Shown here one piece after another: positions 49,531-64,000 of a DNA stretch of 64,000 nt (within the stretch, counting starts at the first letter, position 1; every line of letters starts with the position of its first letter). Source of the stretch: Owenia fusiformis (Eukaryota); assembly GCA_903813345.2 (NCBI GenBank), contig CAIIXF020000001.1, positions 8,742,001 to 8,806,000 on the forward strand, written 5' to 3'. The position numbers were made by a program, and so were the translations under genes. Below the pieces are notes generated by a model, which had not been told where the DNA came from, did not search any database, and worked only from the letters and a program-made list of their open reading frames with translations.

Positions 49531-50328
49531 AAAGGATCTTGTACACCTGCCATTATGATCTCCCCATGAACAAAAATAAATTCATCTGATTTTTCAAAAT
49601 AAATATACTGCTTTTATTATTACATTTATATGTACACTAGTATCTTGTTGACCTATATTCAGCACTGTATTGATGAATGGGCCACTTTTTAGGGCAATAT
49701 TCAATCATAAAGTGTACAGGGGTAGAGATGCCAAACCAGGAAGTCTTTTTGTGTCTGTCAAAATCCATTTGCATCCTACACATCCCTACATCTTATCAAA
49801 ATATGTTATGAATTAATGAATCATAACAGTATAATCTTTGGATTTACAAAGTTGTATGGGATTTCATAAGTGTAAAAGTTGCTTTTGAAGCATTTTTCTA
49901 TAGCCATTTTGTAGGAAAAAAATGATGAAAAAAATGAATAATCTTTTAATTTGAAGTATGACCTGAATCGATTGCAAACTTTATATTTGCACATCTGATC
50001 TGAAATACCATTTGTGTCATATTGTGAAATTATTTAATTTGCAATCGATTCAGGTCATAGTGTATTTTAGGTATTTTTGTGAAAATCAATAGAAACCAAT
50101 GGCCTCCATTGGAATCTGATGGTATCCACATGTTAAGTCAATAGAACACATCCAATGTCAAGTCAATACACCCTTGCTGAACTTAATGACCCGAACCTCA
50201 GCCCATGTGGGGCCAAACGCTTAAATATTTTCCAAAGTATTATGTAACATTGTATTCTTTATATTAGACCTAAAAATGATTCATTTTGTTCATGGGGAGA
50301 TTATAATGGCAGGTGTACAAGATCCTTT
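49531..50328. mobile_element. MITE with ~55-bp TIRs (Kolobok-like ends)
   Basis: AAAGGATCTTGTACACCTGCCATTAT.ATCTCCCCATGAACAAAA and its reverse complement. Internal inverted repeat at 49958-49978 / 50038-50059. TSD not clean. Confidence 0.7.
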
Positions 50329-50345
50329 GCAAGCTTAAAAGAAAT

Positions 50346-50485
50346 ACAAGGCATTAACATGCAAAATGTCACTACCTGTCATTTGTTACAGATGCCGAAT
50401 GCCAATCACCAAACTCTAGCTACCAAACACCAATCACCAAACACCTTCCACAAAAAAGTTGGAGACCATAACAATTTGTCATAAT
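50346..50485. repeat. Short dispersed repeat (second copy ~52034-52180, fragment at ~63-115)
   Basis: ACAAGGCATTAACATGCAAAATGTCAC.ACCTG.CATTTGTTACAGA...CCACAAAAAAGTTG.AGAC.AT.ACAAT is shared by the two full copies. Confidence 0.75.
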
Positions 50486-52659
50486 TACAAACTATTTCAG
50501 TCATAGATATCAGTTGTTAATGACTTATATGATAACAATGACGCTTATAACGGGCAAAAAGTGCCATCTGATCTAAAATTTCATGCTTCGACTGGGTTTT
50601 ATGTCCACAAGGTCCTGAACGTCAAGCATGCATATTCAAACGTGCATAACAATACAATGACATATTAATAACATGGACTCAAAAAATCTTGAACAAGCAA
50701 AATCAATATCCCATCTTCTAAAATAAAATAAGAATAACTCAAAAAGCCCATCATCCACTTAGACCATTAACATTCTGGTCAATTAAGCCATCCAACGCAA
50801 GGCTTCTAAGATAATCAAACTATCCCATCATGTATTATTACCGTTGATTTGTGCAGTCTCTACTGCCATATTATTATTCATTACACAAATACACAAGAAA
50901 ATACTAAAAGCAAAAATTACAAAAACAATGTTTCTGTAATGATAAAGGGTCATTTGGGAGATAAAACAGAGTATGGATTTGATGGCAGCTCTCTGCTGGG
51001 ACTTTCCCATTGACATCGAATACCAATATGAAATGAAAGTGCCACATTTAAGATTCAAATAGAAAGCCTGTCAAATATTGTTTTCTGATCACGATTTTCC
51101 TTTATTTAGCCCATTCAGTCATCAGAGAACCTCAACTCTTTAAGTATAGTATATAGTTTCTTTAAACATTTAACTGCATCAACTGTTCGAAGTGCAAATT
51201 AACCTAGGCTTCAGAATTATTGCGTTAATTTTTGCGCTTTTGAATTCCTCGAATTCTTTAAAACAATATTACTCATATTTGATATTGCCAGATGCATATT
51301 TTGTAAGTAATTAAAGTAAGTAATTATTCTGACTTTTTGAAATCAAATTAAAATTCATTAGAAAATGTCTATTCATAGAGTATATATAGTTACATTCAAC
51401 GATAAAATGTACTCAATAAAATACATTTTTGTGGTTCTTAAAAATATTAATCAATGGGCGAGAGAATTGTATGAGTAGAAAAGTTACAAAACTCATGAGC
51501 TGAAAAATCCATTGACAACTCGCAATATTCATGAATATTAAGCTCTGATTGTTTCAAAAATTCATTCTGTGTGAGATCTGAAAAGACTTAAACGTTTGTG
51601 TTTTGGGAACCTCTAGTTGAACAATTGCACTTCTTTCAAGAAATAAAAAATTCTTTACTGCAAATAGAAATGTCAGTCCGCAATTGAAGTTATGAGAGAA
51701 CATAGTATAAAAGCGTGCTACTTAGAAATACCTCCTACTTATTTATTAATTAAGTGTTTCCATATTGTCATGCGTTACTAGAGAATATTAGGAGTAAGAA
51801 GCTTTTGTTCAAGTTACATGTTCTCTGCTGTTTTTTCATTTCTTTTGATGAAGTTCATCCAATTGTCTCAGTAAATTGTACCACTGTTTCAGCGATTCTC
51901 CCACAAGAAAATAACATATTTGTGACATATGTGTGACATGAAATTCTCCTTAGAAGGCTTTCAATGGATGCAGGAAAGACACATTTAGTCATTCAATGGA
52001 AAATCTTGACCTTAGTGACAAAACAACAAACAAACAAGGCATTAACATGCAAAATGTCACCACCTGGCATTTGTTACAGACACCAAATGCAAAACACCCG
52101 CTGAATAACAAACACCAACTGCCGCCACAAAAAAGTTGAAGACTATGACAATATGTCATTACTTGTGATGGTGACATAAAAATACATGAAATGAAATTCC
52201 CCACACTTGCTAAATTAACTGATACAGTTCCTTGACTCCAACGTGTTTTACATCACACCACCCAAAGATCAATATAACATGTAATCAATCATATAAAATA
52301 TTAGGTAGATGTTTACGACTATCTATCGCTTCTCACCATTATCCATCCTTATAAAACTTCATCAAGTGGAACAGATAAAATTACCTATCACAAGACTCAA
52401 TTTTTCATCATTTATCTTTATTTCTGAAAATCAAATGACATTTTCACGATCCAGTTTACAGATCTGCTGTCGCTAATACTGCATCATTCGTAGAGTTTGC
52501 GCAATTATGAGGAAATTGGAGTTCAGTCCACAATTAGGGTACCCTTGATACGGAATAAAATATTGCGTTTGATATTGATAAATTCTTCACTGGGATATAA
52601 TCTCAAGGAATAGTAGCATTATCCTTCCATTATGTGTTGATGAATAGCTCAACAGGGTG

Positions 52660-52910
52660 TAATGAAGAAGAACAAATGAAATATACGAAATCAATGACCA
52701 CTTGTGTTATATCTCCTCCTATCTTTTTGCGTGAAAGGATTTTCAACATATTTCCAGGTCTTCTCGTGTATAAATCCTAAATGTCTGCATTTTTATATCT
52801 TCAGATAATGATTGTCATCATTGTATGTTTATCAAATTATCTGTGAGATCAACGTTTGTGTTGTCCATATTAAAATCACCTTCAGAAAAAATCTTCTACT
52901 TTTGGTTAGC
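52660..52910 (-). pseudogene. Possible highly decayed LINE endonuclease relic
   Basis: Minus-strand EGDFNMD followed downstream by TQVVIDFVY, resembling APE motifs. Many stops. Confidence 0.25.
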
Positions 52911-54175
52911 TTATGCAAGCAAGTTGGGTCTAAAATCCCTTCTACAATCAGAAACATCGAGGGTGGCAAAATTGCAAGAAGAACGTCATGTCATTGCTCA
53001 CAAGATCTGATTCTGTTTGAAATTTAATTTTCGTGTTTCTTATTGAATGATCCTCCATGTTCAAGAGTCTAATATTGATGACATCTCAATGCTGAGTTCT
53101 AAAGGATTTTATTGTCTATGATCCCATATGGAATACAAACACATCTTTAAATTCCAGTATCATAGACAATGACGTCCCTTCATTTTGCATGCATATTTAT
53201 TTTATCATAAACACATTAATGTGGAACAAAATCAGTAAAAACAAAATGAACATTTTCAATATCATAAATACAGCGACTATTTCATATCCTAAATAATACA
53301 AATCCCTTATATGTTGCAAGGAACACCATCTATAAAATCTCTTTTCTTCAGAAGGGGCCAGATGGCATCCAGAGTACATTTTCCAACTTTATATTTCCCT
53401 ACTTATCTACAGTAATATTTTGTTTTTGAGATAATGAGGGAAAGGCCACACAGATGATACTGATGCAAGGCTAGATTGAGCTAGCCACATATAAGCCTGT
53501 GAATAGACAAAGCTGCAATACTTAAAACACATCATTTCTCTCAAATGTAAAATATGTTCAAAGCTAATGGTTCAATTTGTGAATGACACAAATGTCAAGT
53601 TGGTAGTGTTACCAGTAATTCCATGAAAAAATCCTGAAATAGTAAATTCAAATGGAAATCCAAAGCTTGTAAAAATTGCATGCATGATTTGAATATATTT
53701 TACTGTTACTGTAGTCACCATGCAGAATAAGTAGAAGCTGGATTAGTTTGGCAAAAACAACCCATTACTTGAACTAGAACTAAGCAATACACTTTTCAGA
53801 TAAAACATCAGTTACTTAAATTCATAACACAATTATTTCTATTGTTTATCTACAATTTACTTACAACAACAAGTACCACAACATCTACCACAGATATTAT
53901 ATTTCAATTACTGAAAGTTTAAAACTTAACTGAACCCATCCTCACCACTAGTCTTTTTTCCAAAAGGTAACATTAGACAAGAAAACACTACTCCCAAATT
54001 TGAAAATCTTACATTAAGCCCATGTAAAACTCCCACACTAAACGCAAAGGGAAATACATATAGTGACTAGAGGGACCAGAGATTTCTGCCTTGAACATTT
54101 CCATGAAAATTGGTTATATCAACTTACCTTTCATTCAGGCATATTTTTGTGGATAATGTAAGACTTTCAGCTCAT

Positions 54176-54305
54176 TGAGTCTTTGAGCTTGCTTGAGTCT
54201 TTGAGCTTGCTCGAGTCTCAGCTTGCTTGAGTCTAGAGCCTGCTTAGGTCTTTGAGCTTGCTTGCTTGAGTCTTAGAGCTTGCTTGAGTCAGGGCTTGCT
54301 TGAGA
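54176..54305. repeat. ~18-bp imperfect minisatellite
   Basis: About seven copies of GAGTCTTTGAGCTTGCTT and variants. Confidence 0.85.
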
Positions 54306-54419
54306 CCAGATTATATCTGAAAACAAAGTTGAATACTGTTAGAATATTCATGTATTTAGTACATTTCCCTAACTGATAATATTCCCTACAAAAGGTCTTG
54401 GGTTCATTGGGAAATAGCA

Positions 54420-54497
54420 GCAACTAGAAGACTAAAGGACGGACCAACAGACGGAGGGACGCCTGGTCGATCCCATAGGCTCACTGTGTGAGCCAAA
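54420..54497 (-). mobile_element. Head of a HINE/DINE-1-like element, same family as 3147
   Basis: Reverse complement reads TTTGGCTCACACAGTGAGCCTATGGGAT..AGGCGTCCCTCCGTCTGTTGGTCCGTCC. Confidence 0.6.
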
Positions 54498-55990
54498 TAC
54501 CCAAGTTTAATTTCTTGAACATTAAAAACAAAATCAAAGAAATGGTTTGCAGGCATCTTTAGAAAGCTCATGAACAATCTAATTAAATAATTCCAAAGCA
54601 TTGTATTTGGGATTACTGACAGTGGGAATTAAGACATTTCATTTGCAGACACATTAGATTAGTTTCCCTGAAGATTATCTTTAATCCAGCTCTTATTGTA
54701 GCAATGACATGTCCTTACGATGCAATTAAAACATGGATGAGTCACTGATTGAGGAGGGACAGTTTACATAGCTTTGAATAAAGTTCTACTTTAGAACCCT
54801 ATAACTGGAAGAAATAATATTAAACTGATGATTTAACACTTACTGACACTTTAAATTGGAATACTGGTGCCTTGTTTATTTTTAATGACAGTTATTTCTC
54901 TCAGAAAAACTGGGAATAAAAATACTTTTTTAGTACTAAGATATCTTAAAAGAATGGATGAAATATTGTCACCCCATTGCGCATTTGAAAATTAGGATAA
55001 ATCAATATGAAATATAATTTTTAATCATGTTATAAACAGGCTTATGTAATTTCAATAAATAAAAATATATCATTCAAAACAAAATATTATACTTTGCTCA
55101 CTCTGTAAATTTGAGGGGTTGCAAAGTGAATTTCTAACCCAATTTCTGTTCATGTTCAAACACTTTAAACTTCATAGTAAATGGCAATATATTATAATAT
55201 ATAACATAATATATAGTTTGTACATTCCATCTTTCTTATCTTTTATTCAACCATCTTAAGACTGGAGGAGATAACAACAACACTGCTTGCGAAATTGATG
55301 CTTATATTCCATTCAACATTAAAAGATGGCAGTCAATACAAGTCAATACTCTACAATGCTGGCAATGGAAATAAGTCCAATATTGGATACCATTTAACTT
55401 TTACTCTTGTGAAAAGTAAATCATTCTACCAAAACATGGATGTCAATTTTCAGTACAAGCAATTTATGTGGTGCCTACCCACACAGACAGACATACGTAT
55501 ACCCCTCAGCATAAGACAAGAACAATAGAGCATTTTGAAAAGTATAATAGAAAAAATATGTAAGTGAATGTTTAATCAATACATGTACTGATAACTGTAC
55601 AGGAAAAAAACATCTCACTTATCTGAACACCTCTCAATGTTCAGATTAGACAGGTTTTACTGCATATTCTTTATTTACATTGTTATCTGCGTGGCAATAA
55701 TGTTTGGAATCTACTCTTGAATGTACAATTTGGATATGTTGCTCATTTGAATAATAAATTGTGCGTGTGCATGTAAAATTACAATATAAAATTGACTTAA
55801 ATACAAAAAGCTAATCAGTTGTTTTATCTTAAACAAAGGAAAAACATGAAGTCATGCAACTATGCATGTTATTCAGTAAACAGTTGGTAAAATTCCAAAA
55901 TATCATTTATGTATGACTGTTACACATGCACTTCAAAATTATATTTGTCTCAAGTTCAACTCCCATTTTCAAATGAATTTGCCTAAAAAG

Positions 55991-56561
55991 TAGAGCTGGC
56001 ATCAAATGTCGGAATGGTCGATTGTCGGTCGAATGCTCTCTGCGACACCCATGTCGACACAACACCTCTTGATCGACAGTCGGAACTCACAACATAATAA
56101 GCTATTTCCCTATGAATTAAAATCTTAGTTACTACCTGCTGTATTGTGTATTTTAGTGAAGTTTTACCGCCTACATTTTCAAATTTTCTTTTTTGTTTTG
56201 ATCGACTTCCTGCTCTCGAATTAGGTCTCGGGGCCCCTCGAGATTTACCCTCGAGATTTATTTTCAATGGCTGCCCGGAAATAACAACAGAAATCGTAGT
56301 TTTATGTATATTTATTGCTTTTTCGTCAAAGTCTGATACTTGAACATGGTTTACATGTAAGTTAAATATAAAACAAACAACTGAGGATGACTATTCTGCA
56401 TCGTATTGCTAATTACAAGCCTAGAAAATCTAAAATTCAGACGGATTTTCTTCAAATTTTTTTTCATTTTTCGAATATCATTGGACCCGACAATGTCGAT
56501 ATCATTGTCGATCGAGAGCTCCGACATGTCGACATTAAAATCCTATTCGATGCCAGCTCTA
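55991..56561. mobile_element. hAT-type MITE
   Basis: TAGAGCTGGCATC...GATGCCAGCTCTA ends, perfect 8-bp TSD CTAAAAAG (55983-55990, 56562-56569), and repeated subterminal GTCG(A/G) motifs. Confidence 0.9.
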
Positions 56562-59500
56562 CTAAAAAGACCATAACTGAATCATTTTATCTTTATTCTA
56601 CCTATCTTTACTTTTCTTTACAATCAACTAATGAAATGGCACCATATATAAGTGTATTCATGTCTCGTATCATTCAACACAAATGAATTTACTTGCAATT
56701 ATGTTGTGGCTATATTCTTCACCGATCAAACTTCATGTACATTCTTTAGATTACAGATATTTCTTGCCTATATCAAATCAAAATATGGAATCAGAAAAAT
56801 CATGAAATCAGAAAAAATACTAAACTAATAAAAATAAAAGTCAAAGTATTGTATGGCTAGTTGATGGGGAGGTGCCTCGGAAATCTATTATCTTTCTTTA
56901 ATTTATATGTACAATCCAATAGGTTGTAACATCTTTTAAACTTATATATCATCAGGGGATTTTGTTATGCATCTCACTAGAATCATTTCAATGAATTTAA
57001 GTGACGCTCCATATATCATACTTGTATCTTATGTATCTTGCCTATTGTCTTTCGTTATCTCAGCCTTTATTGTCATTTCATTCACTTTCAAAAGAATGAT
57101 TAATATATATGACTGTATTTCCAAAAATTGTTCAGAAAATATAGTGAAACATGCTTGCTCAACCCACACAGAACTCATTTTTGAAGCACAATGATCTCAG
57201 TTTTGATACGCAATGAGGTTAAATAAGATTTAGAAGCAATCAAGAAATTGAGGAAAGAAAATGGCAAGAAAATGATCTCATATTGAATGATTAGTATTCT
57301 AGCCATCAAGATCATAACTCACTTCTGAATATCGTTAAGGGGTTAAGATATCTTACCATAGGGAAAATAAAAAATAGCAGATTAATGAAATTTCCATTAT
57401 TTTGCATGGTCATTTGCGACCAAAATAACCCCTTATATCATTTTTAGAACATAACTCTTCCATCAACTAAATGAACTATAGAGCAACTAGCCTTGTAGAA
57501 TTGAAATGATCATTTTCCAAGAAGAAACTGTAAATCTTCATGGCTCCCTTGACTGTTAAGAAAATGAATAGATCTTAGAACAACTGGCACCTCGGGAGCG
57601 TCACATGACATCTACTTTAGTTTTGATTGGCTTGATTAGTGACGCTGAATTGCTTTGATGGTATACAAGAGGATATGCTGATCTATTGGAGCATACTTTG
57701 GAAGAAATGAATGGTTCAGACATTCATTTATTCAGCTTGATAGTGAATGGTGAATATAATAGTTGCGATGAAATAACTCAACTTGATAGTGAATGAACTA
57801 TAAAAGTCCATTTTGAAAGGGACCAGGAGAATGTATGTGCCACTATGGGTAGACTAGGCCAAGTTTTGCCCAGCCATAATACAAAGAAAAATGTAGAGAT
57901 AGACAGTCCAAGAGTGAAAATAAGATCTTAGAATTTATGTCCATCCACCTTTAAATAGCAAAACTGATAATTCACACTAACACTACTACTCAAACTCAAC
58001 CATTTTGAATACACACATTACTTCATCAAAGTCATTATTTGATACGAACATGATCACAGAATAATTCCAAAACTAACTCACCTACAGCACTTCAAGTCCT
58101 ATATAATGATCTGCTATGAATTGATATTGAAACACATCTACTTACTACAACTGCCCAACCAGAACAGTGTGGTTCATCCAAACTTCAAACCAAACAAGTA
58201 ACATTTATCTATGAACCTAACTGCAAGCAAATTGCCAAGAGAAATATGTAACAATTTATCTCTTGTTTTTGTAAGAGAGATGAAAGGGGTCTTACGTAAT
58301 CTTGTTACAACACATACATGCATATTACATGGATGTTGGCCACCTCCTCAAACTTTCATAGTTTACAAGTACAAACTATTTCCATTAAAATTTTAAGGGG
58401 ATATTCCAAAAATATCAGCAACTGTCTCTATTTACAATATAAGAAAACCTATAAAACCTAAAATCTTGTCTTAGTTTAAACCAAGACTGAGAAGAAAAAT
58501 TGAAGTTTACAGGTGACTGGGTGGAGCAATCATTTTTCCATCATGTGAAAATAAGAAATAAAAATTTATATATATTTAAATTACCTATATTTGATCTTTT
58601 AATCAAAATCCAGTAACAGATACAGATATCAGACAAAGATATTTACATGCATTCATGCAATGTATATTACATGGTCTTGGTTTAGATTTTAGTATTTAGC
58701 ATATATTACATGTACTATATGGCTGAAGTTAGAAAGGATCAAATCGAAATTCTAGTTTATATGCTCATAGAAAATACTATAATTTACTTGGTCAATATCA
58801 TATCTTCCCTTGAAATAAATATTCTATTCCTCTCATTGAATAACTTCTATTTCCCCTTCAACAACAAAATCAGGGATTATCTCCGAGTCTTCATTGTTTA
58901 CATGGTAAAGGTAGTGTGTATTAAGGAGATAACCCTGAATAGAACATCTGGAGTGCAAATAGCAGTACCCTCGGGTAAATAAGTAGTATACTGCACTCTG
59001 ACAACAGCCATTCATTTTAAAGTTCCATTTTTAATGAGTCAGGGATAAGAGCTTTGTGTGGTTATATGTTGCATATACTGTAAGAGAACAGCCTTTGAGA
59101 AATGACAATATCTGAAGGACTTGTTGAATTCAGAAATTTATCGGTAATACTAAGAGGAGACACTTCTGGCAAAGGGTAACAAATAGCAGCTAGGAAGATA
59201 CCAACATTCTACCTGGTCAGAAAGGCACGCATGGTTGTCTAATATTAACAGACAAAATGTGATGATATCGACTTATCTTATTAACCATATTTTTAACTAA
59301 TTTATGAAATATACCAGCTGAAGTACCAATAAGAGGTTACCATTGCAACCACGAAAAGGCTTTTACAGTTTCTAAAAGTATAAGTAGATAATTCCATGAG
59401 ATCATTATATGAGCCAATGACTATTCGGTTGCTCCAGTTGTGATTTTCAAACATTTGTACGTGTCTGCAAAACTTTTGCAAAAGTACAACTTACTACTCT

Positions 59501-62500
59501 TTAAATTGAAGATAATTCTCTCTTGTGGCCTTAATCAAATCAACATGTAGTCAGTAAAATCATGACACAACATTTCTACTTCTATAAGATTCAAAGTCCC
59601 ACAAAGTGACATGCAAGTTTGAGATTGATAAGATCTTTTCAGCATCGAAATTGTAAAATCAAATGTAAAAGTCATAAAGTAATGTGACTAACTGGAAGGC
59701 ATTCAGGGGTCTGAAACAAGTTATTGTCATTATATCTATCATGGTCAGATTAATCCAGTCGTTCTTTACAAAAGTGTCACCTATATCAAATATATAACAT
59801 AAACTGATGTTTTTGTCAACCAATGCATCAAATACTGTCATAGTCAATCTTCCAAGGTTGATTGATATTCAAAGCACAATATTGGAATTTTGCATTTGCA
59901 AGATTGATTATCTATTATTAATGAAATGAAAATGGTAGGTCCATTTCATTGGGGGACGAGATCAAACTTGGGTTGTGCTGGACCTTGATATCCTACCAGC
60001 TAGCCATAGTACTTTTCATTTTTCCACACCTCAAAATCTTTCCGACATTTCTTCTCATTGCAATATCATGGGAATCACCATATTCAGTCATTTTATCACT
60101 GCAACAGTGCCAGTTTCAATGATTAGGTGGAGGAGTTTGAATCACTGGTCAAAATAACACATGAACATCTCTCCATAAAATAAAAATGTTCCTGCAAAAT
60201 CAAGAAATAAAGATGATCTGGATTTTTAAATACCACTCATTATTAAAGGCATGAAGATATTACAAATGAAAATATCTTGTTGCATGTTAAGATTATGTGA
60301 CCCTAAAGTAAGGTTTCCATGGTAACCAACTTATACTTATCATTATCTCTCTCTCTAAGCCAGCTGAGTCTCTCTTCAACCACTCCCTCTCTCTATTATC
60401 TCCATTAGATCCCTTCAAATCCTTCAATAAATATTTTCAGAATGACCCCTGAATATCTACATTCTACACTGAACATCAATCATCTGATAGGATAGTTTAT
60501 CAATATTATTTCAACTCCTATCAAGACTGGGTTTAGGTTATTGCTCTTATTGACCATAAGGAACTTTAATCGAGGCCTCTGTCATTCCACATAGGTTAAC
60601 ATGGGAGGTCAGTTGTCCAGTTAAGATTGATGGACTTCTGGTATTGGATAATGATTTTAGACTGCAATTTTGTTGTAATACTGTGGAATCCCTGCATGGG
60701 CAATTTTTATCCCAGCTTTTGGAAAAACTACAAGAACCACAATGAGAGAATCATTCATCTTGATTCACAAGGTTTCAGCAGCATATTAGAAGTCAAACAT
60801 GGGAATCATTAGCAATATTTACAAGAAGTTTTCTCATTGAAAGTATAACCTCAATCTTAAATCCTTAATAGATGAAGCATGCCATTAAATGTTGCAAGAA
60901 TATAACCTATATTTAATGTTATTGTTATATTACGAAGAAACGAATGATGATTTAATTAACTGATTGTGCGTCATAAACGCTCCTCAGTATAGTAAAGAGA
61001 AAGCATAAATATTTAAGAAAAGCTGAGTAGAATATCAAGTGCATGTTCATTCATTCACGTTTTATCATGAAATAATAATCTTAGAATAACAATAACTTGG
61101 CTAATCAACTTTGATCTACCCTTTGCAAGTTCTCATCAGGAAATTTTTAGACCCCAACGGTATTGTGACTACTTTTTTCGAGGTATCGCGACTACTACTC
61201 CCCCATGTGAGATAAGAGATATCCTATTAGTATAGTTTTCAACATACTTCATAAGATTATCTAGCTATTTTAGTCCCATTATTTATTTCTAAAAGGTTTC
61301 TGACTTCCTATTCCTTGTTTGTATCCAGATTTATGTATTTACATGTCCCAAAGTCACCACACTGTGCCTACCTTAAACTGGAGTAACTGACACCACCTTA
61401 ATTGTGTAAATCCTAGTATTTCTCACACTTACCCCTTTTCCTCAATAGATCACCAATATCCTGTAATTTACTTCCGAAGTGTCTATAATACTGTTCTAAC
61501 TAGAGTAATTCTATCAAGATACACGGCATCCTGTAAGACTCTTCCATATTCCAATATTATTGAATGAAGATTGAGCGAATAAATCTCAGTGAATTATCCA
61601 TTCTCATTTACTCGATTGAGGAAGATCTTTATTTAGAATGTTGATTCCCACAGGAATGGTTTAGCCCGTAGGCAGTGTTTTTGTTGGCAATATTTTTACT
61701 GTAGGTGTAGTACTTGGGAGTGTGTATTGAGTCTAATAAATTAAGTCATTTATTTATAAACTGAATTATGAAAAAACAAATACATGTACATGTAGATGAA
61801 ATTACATGTAGATTACATGTATATTCTAGATATGGTAGTGTCCAATCAAGGATGCAAAATTCTTATTTTCCCAATTCCCAATTCCGAGTGTTTGTAAGTG
61901 GGTGCAAGCCTATTTTCAGTCTGGATAAAGTGTAGCACTTGCTTTAATGCTGGGGAGCTCAAAGACGTATAAATCTTAACACATAATAATACAACTAGAC
62001 ATCACTTGATGTTGACATTATATTAAAGGAAAATGAAGACAAACTTACTAATGACAGAAAATGAATCCTTGGAGTCTCTAATATTGCAACATTTTAATGA
62101 AGCATTCCAGATAATTAGAAACCTGGAGAGGCTTGCAATGTAATACAATTCTACAAATATTGTATATCAAAGCAAGTAAAACAAGTTTGTTACTATAGTA
62201 TTATAACTGATGCTCTAACTACAATTATTTTTTCTGATCAAGGAAAACTCATCATTGGCAATCAGTATCAGTGGTTGTTTAAAGTGGGGAAAGAGAAAAC
62301 AAGTTGACAAAGGAATACAAATCTTGATTTAGGCATGTCAAATGGCCTTAGATCTGCAAATGTAATTAGGATAAGTGACATAAGTGAAAAAATAATGAGG
62401 AAAATTGCTTGAAGAATTACTTAGGCCATCTCCTCATGCTACCACCAAACATAAGCACAGAGTCTAGTTCTCTACTAACAAAGCCCTCTTTTAAAAAGCG

Positions 62501-64000
62501 AAGTCAAAGAATGCAAAGAGAACATACACACTTTATCAATTGATAAGTGATATATATATTTGTACAAGAAGCCATATACAACTCCTCGTTAACTTTTAAA
62601 ACTGTAATGTCTATTTTTGCAAAGAATTTCTCCTCAAAGAATCCAATCAATCTTGAATATTTCATATAGATACTTCAATGACTTCATTGACAAGCTCTGG
62701 TTGATGTTGCTAAAGATGTGATGTGTAATATGATGATAAAGAGTGAGTAGTAAATGCTTATTAACTTCATAGTGGTGACCTAGGAAACAAGGGCCTAAAG
62801 AGGTGAAACCCATACTTCCTAAACAAATTGAAATAAATCAATGAGAAGCTCAACAGCTCAATAATAATCCTGATTTCCCAACATTGGAGATAAAGACATC
62901 CCTTGCAAAATGTTGCTTTATCAATTTTATAATTCGACGCCTGGTCATGGAGACTATAAATATAACACCTATAGTCATGGAGACTATGTGATGTTCAAGC
63001 TAAAACAGCTTAAAACTATTATGAAACAAACTATAACATCTACTTGTACTATATATAGTAAAACCTGTATGAGAACAATGTTATTAGGTAGGAACACCTA
63101 AGTGAAACACTTTCCCAGTTACCCAATGAGTTATGGAGACATCTGTAAGTGGAACACCTCCCAAAGTAGAACATCATTTTAAGATACCAAAGGTATTCCC
63201 CTTAAACAGGCCCTACAGACTTAGCAACTACATGACTCAGTATTCCTTGGACATACCCTACAAGTTATATGGGTATGCACACTGTACCCTGATCATATCA
63301 TGAGCTACATATTATGGGGTGTTGATATTACAGTCATATATGAGAGTGAGTAGTACTCACAATTTGATAATACCAGAAGTTGGCCAAGCTCACATATAAA
63401 TGGGGAGTCATGGATTCTACCCATAGATACAACTTGTTTAAAATAAAATAAACTCCTAAACTAACTCTGAGATGAAGACCAAAGAGAACCTATATGGTTT
63501 ATTGTACATGTATTTCATGTATAGGGGATTACCTTAATCCAAACAAGCAAGATAAATCAATGGAGAAATTATTTCATAACGATCTAGCTTGGTACAATAT
63601 ACACAAGGAATATACAATAAATAGTTAAGTAATAGTACCAGGAAGAGAGAATTCCTCTTTAAGGGAAAATCACTGTTTTTTGACAGACATTGACAAATTT
63701 AGGCTCTTGCAAAGGGTCATTTTCTACCAATTACTACAATTTTACGGTTGATTATTTATTTTCACAGAAAATCCATATAAAACCTTAAATCCGATAAATC
63801 GCAGTATGATTTATATTTCATTTTTCCTCACCTAGAAAACTAATTTCATTTCAAAGCTTCTTGTATGAAGAACTCATGCCAAATCTTAAGATTTCTCATT
63901 TCCTTTTTGCTATTAAGCACTTCCATAAAGAGGTGCTTATAAGATCTCTTTAGAACCATAAGAAATGTCTTTAGGGTCCAATGATCAACTGATTGCAGTT

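Noticed and set aside
55983-56686. Three ORFs over the CpG-rich segment
   Set aside because: They overlap a hAT MITE and show no transposase motifs.
59640-61650. Possible decayed LINE fragments
   Set aside because: Only 3-4-residue resemblances; too degenerate to support without a profile search.

Overview
AT-rich eukaryotic DNA, probably from an invertebrate animal (species cannot be determined here). The first 18.5 kb (156-18611) is one large DNA transposon. It has CAC..GTG ends, a TTAA/TTCA target site and multi-kb mosaic inverted arms carrying arrays of 29-bp palindromic repeats. Inside it I assembled by hand an 11-exon, frame-intact DDD transposase gene on the minus strand (Sola3-like motifs, ending in a Tudor/PWWP-like domain). 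Several smaller elements are nested in the transposon's introns and flanks. Next come a heparan sulfate 3-O-sulfotransferase gene with a single coding exon (19581-20687, minus) and a 5'-truncated but open RTE-X-like LINE (about 31347-34440, minus). The remaining ~40 kb has no recognisable host exons and is scattered with MITEs and transposon relics (Transib-like foldback, hAT, mariner, Kolobok-like, Helentron-associated). All calls are from manual reading; no searches were run.
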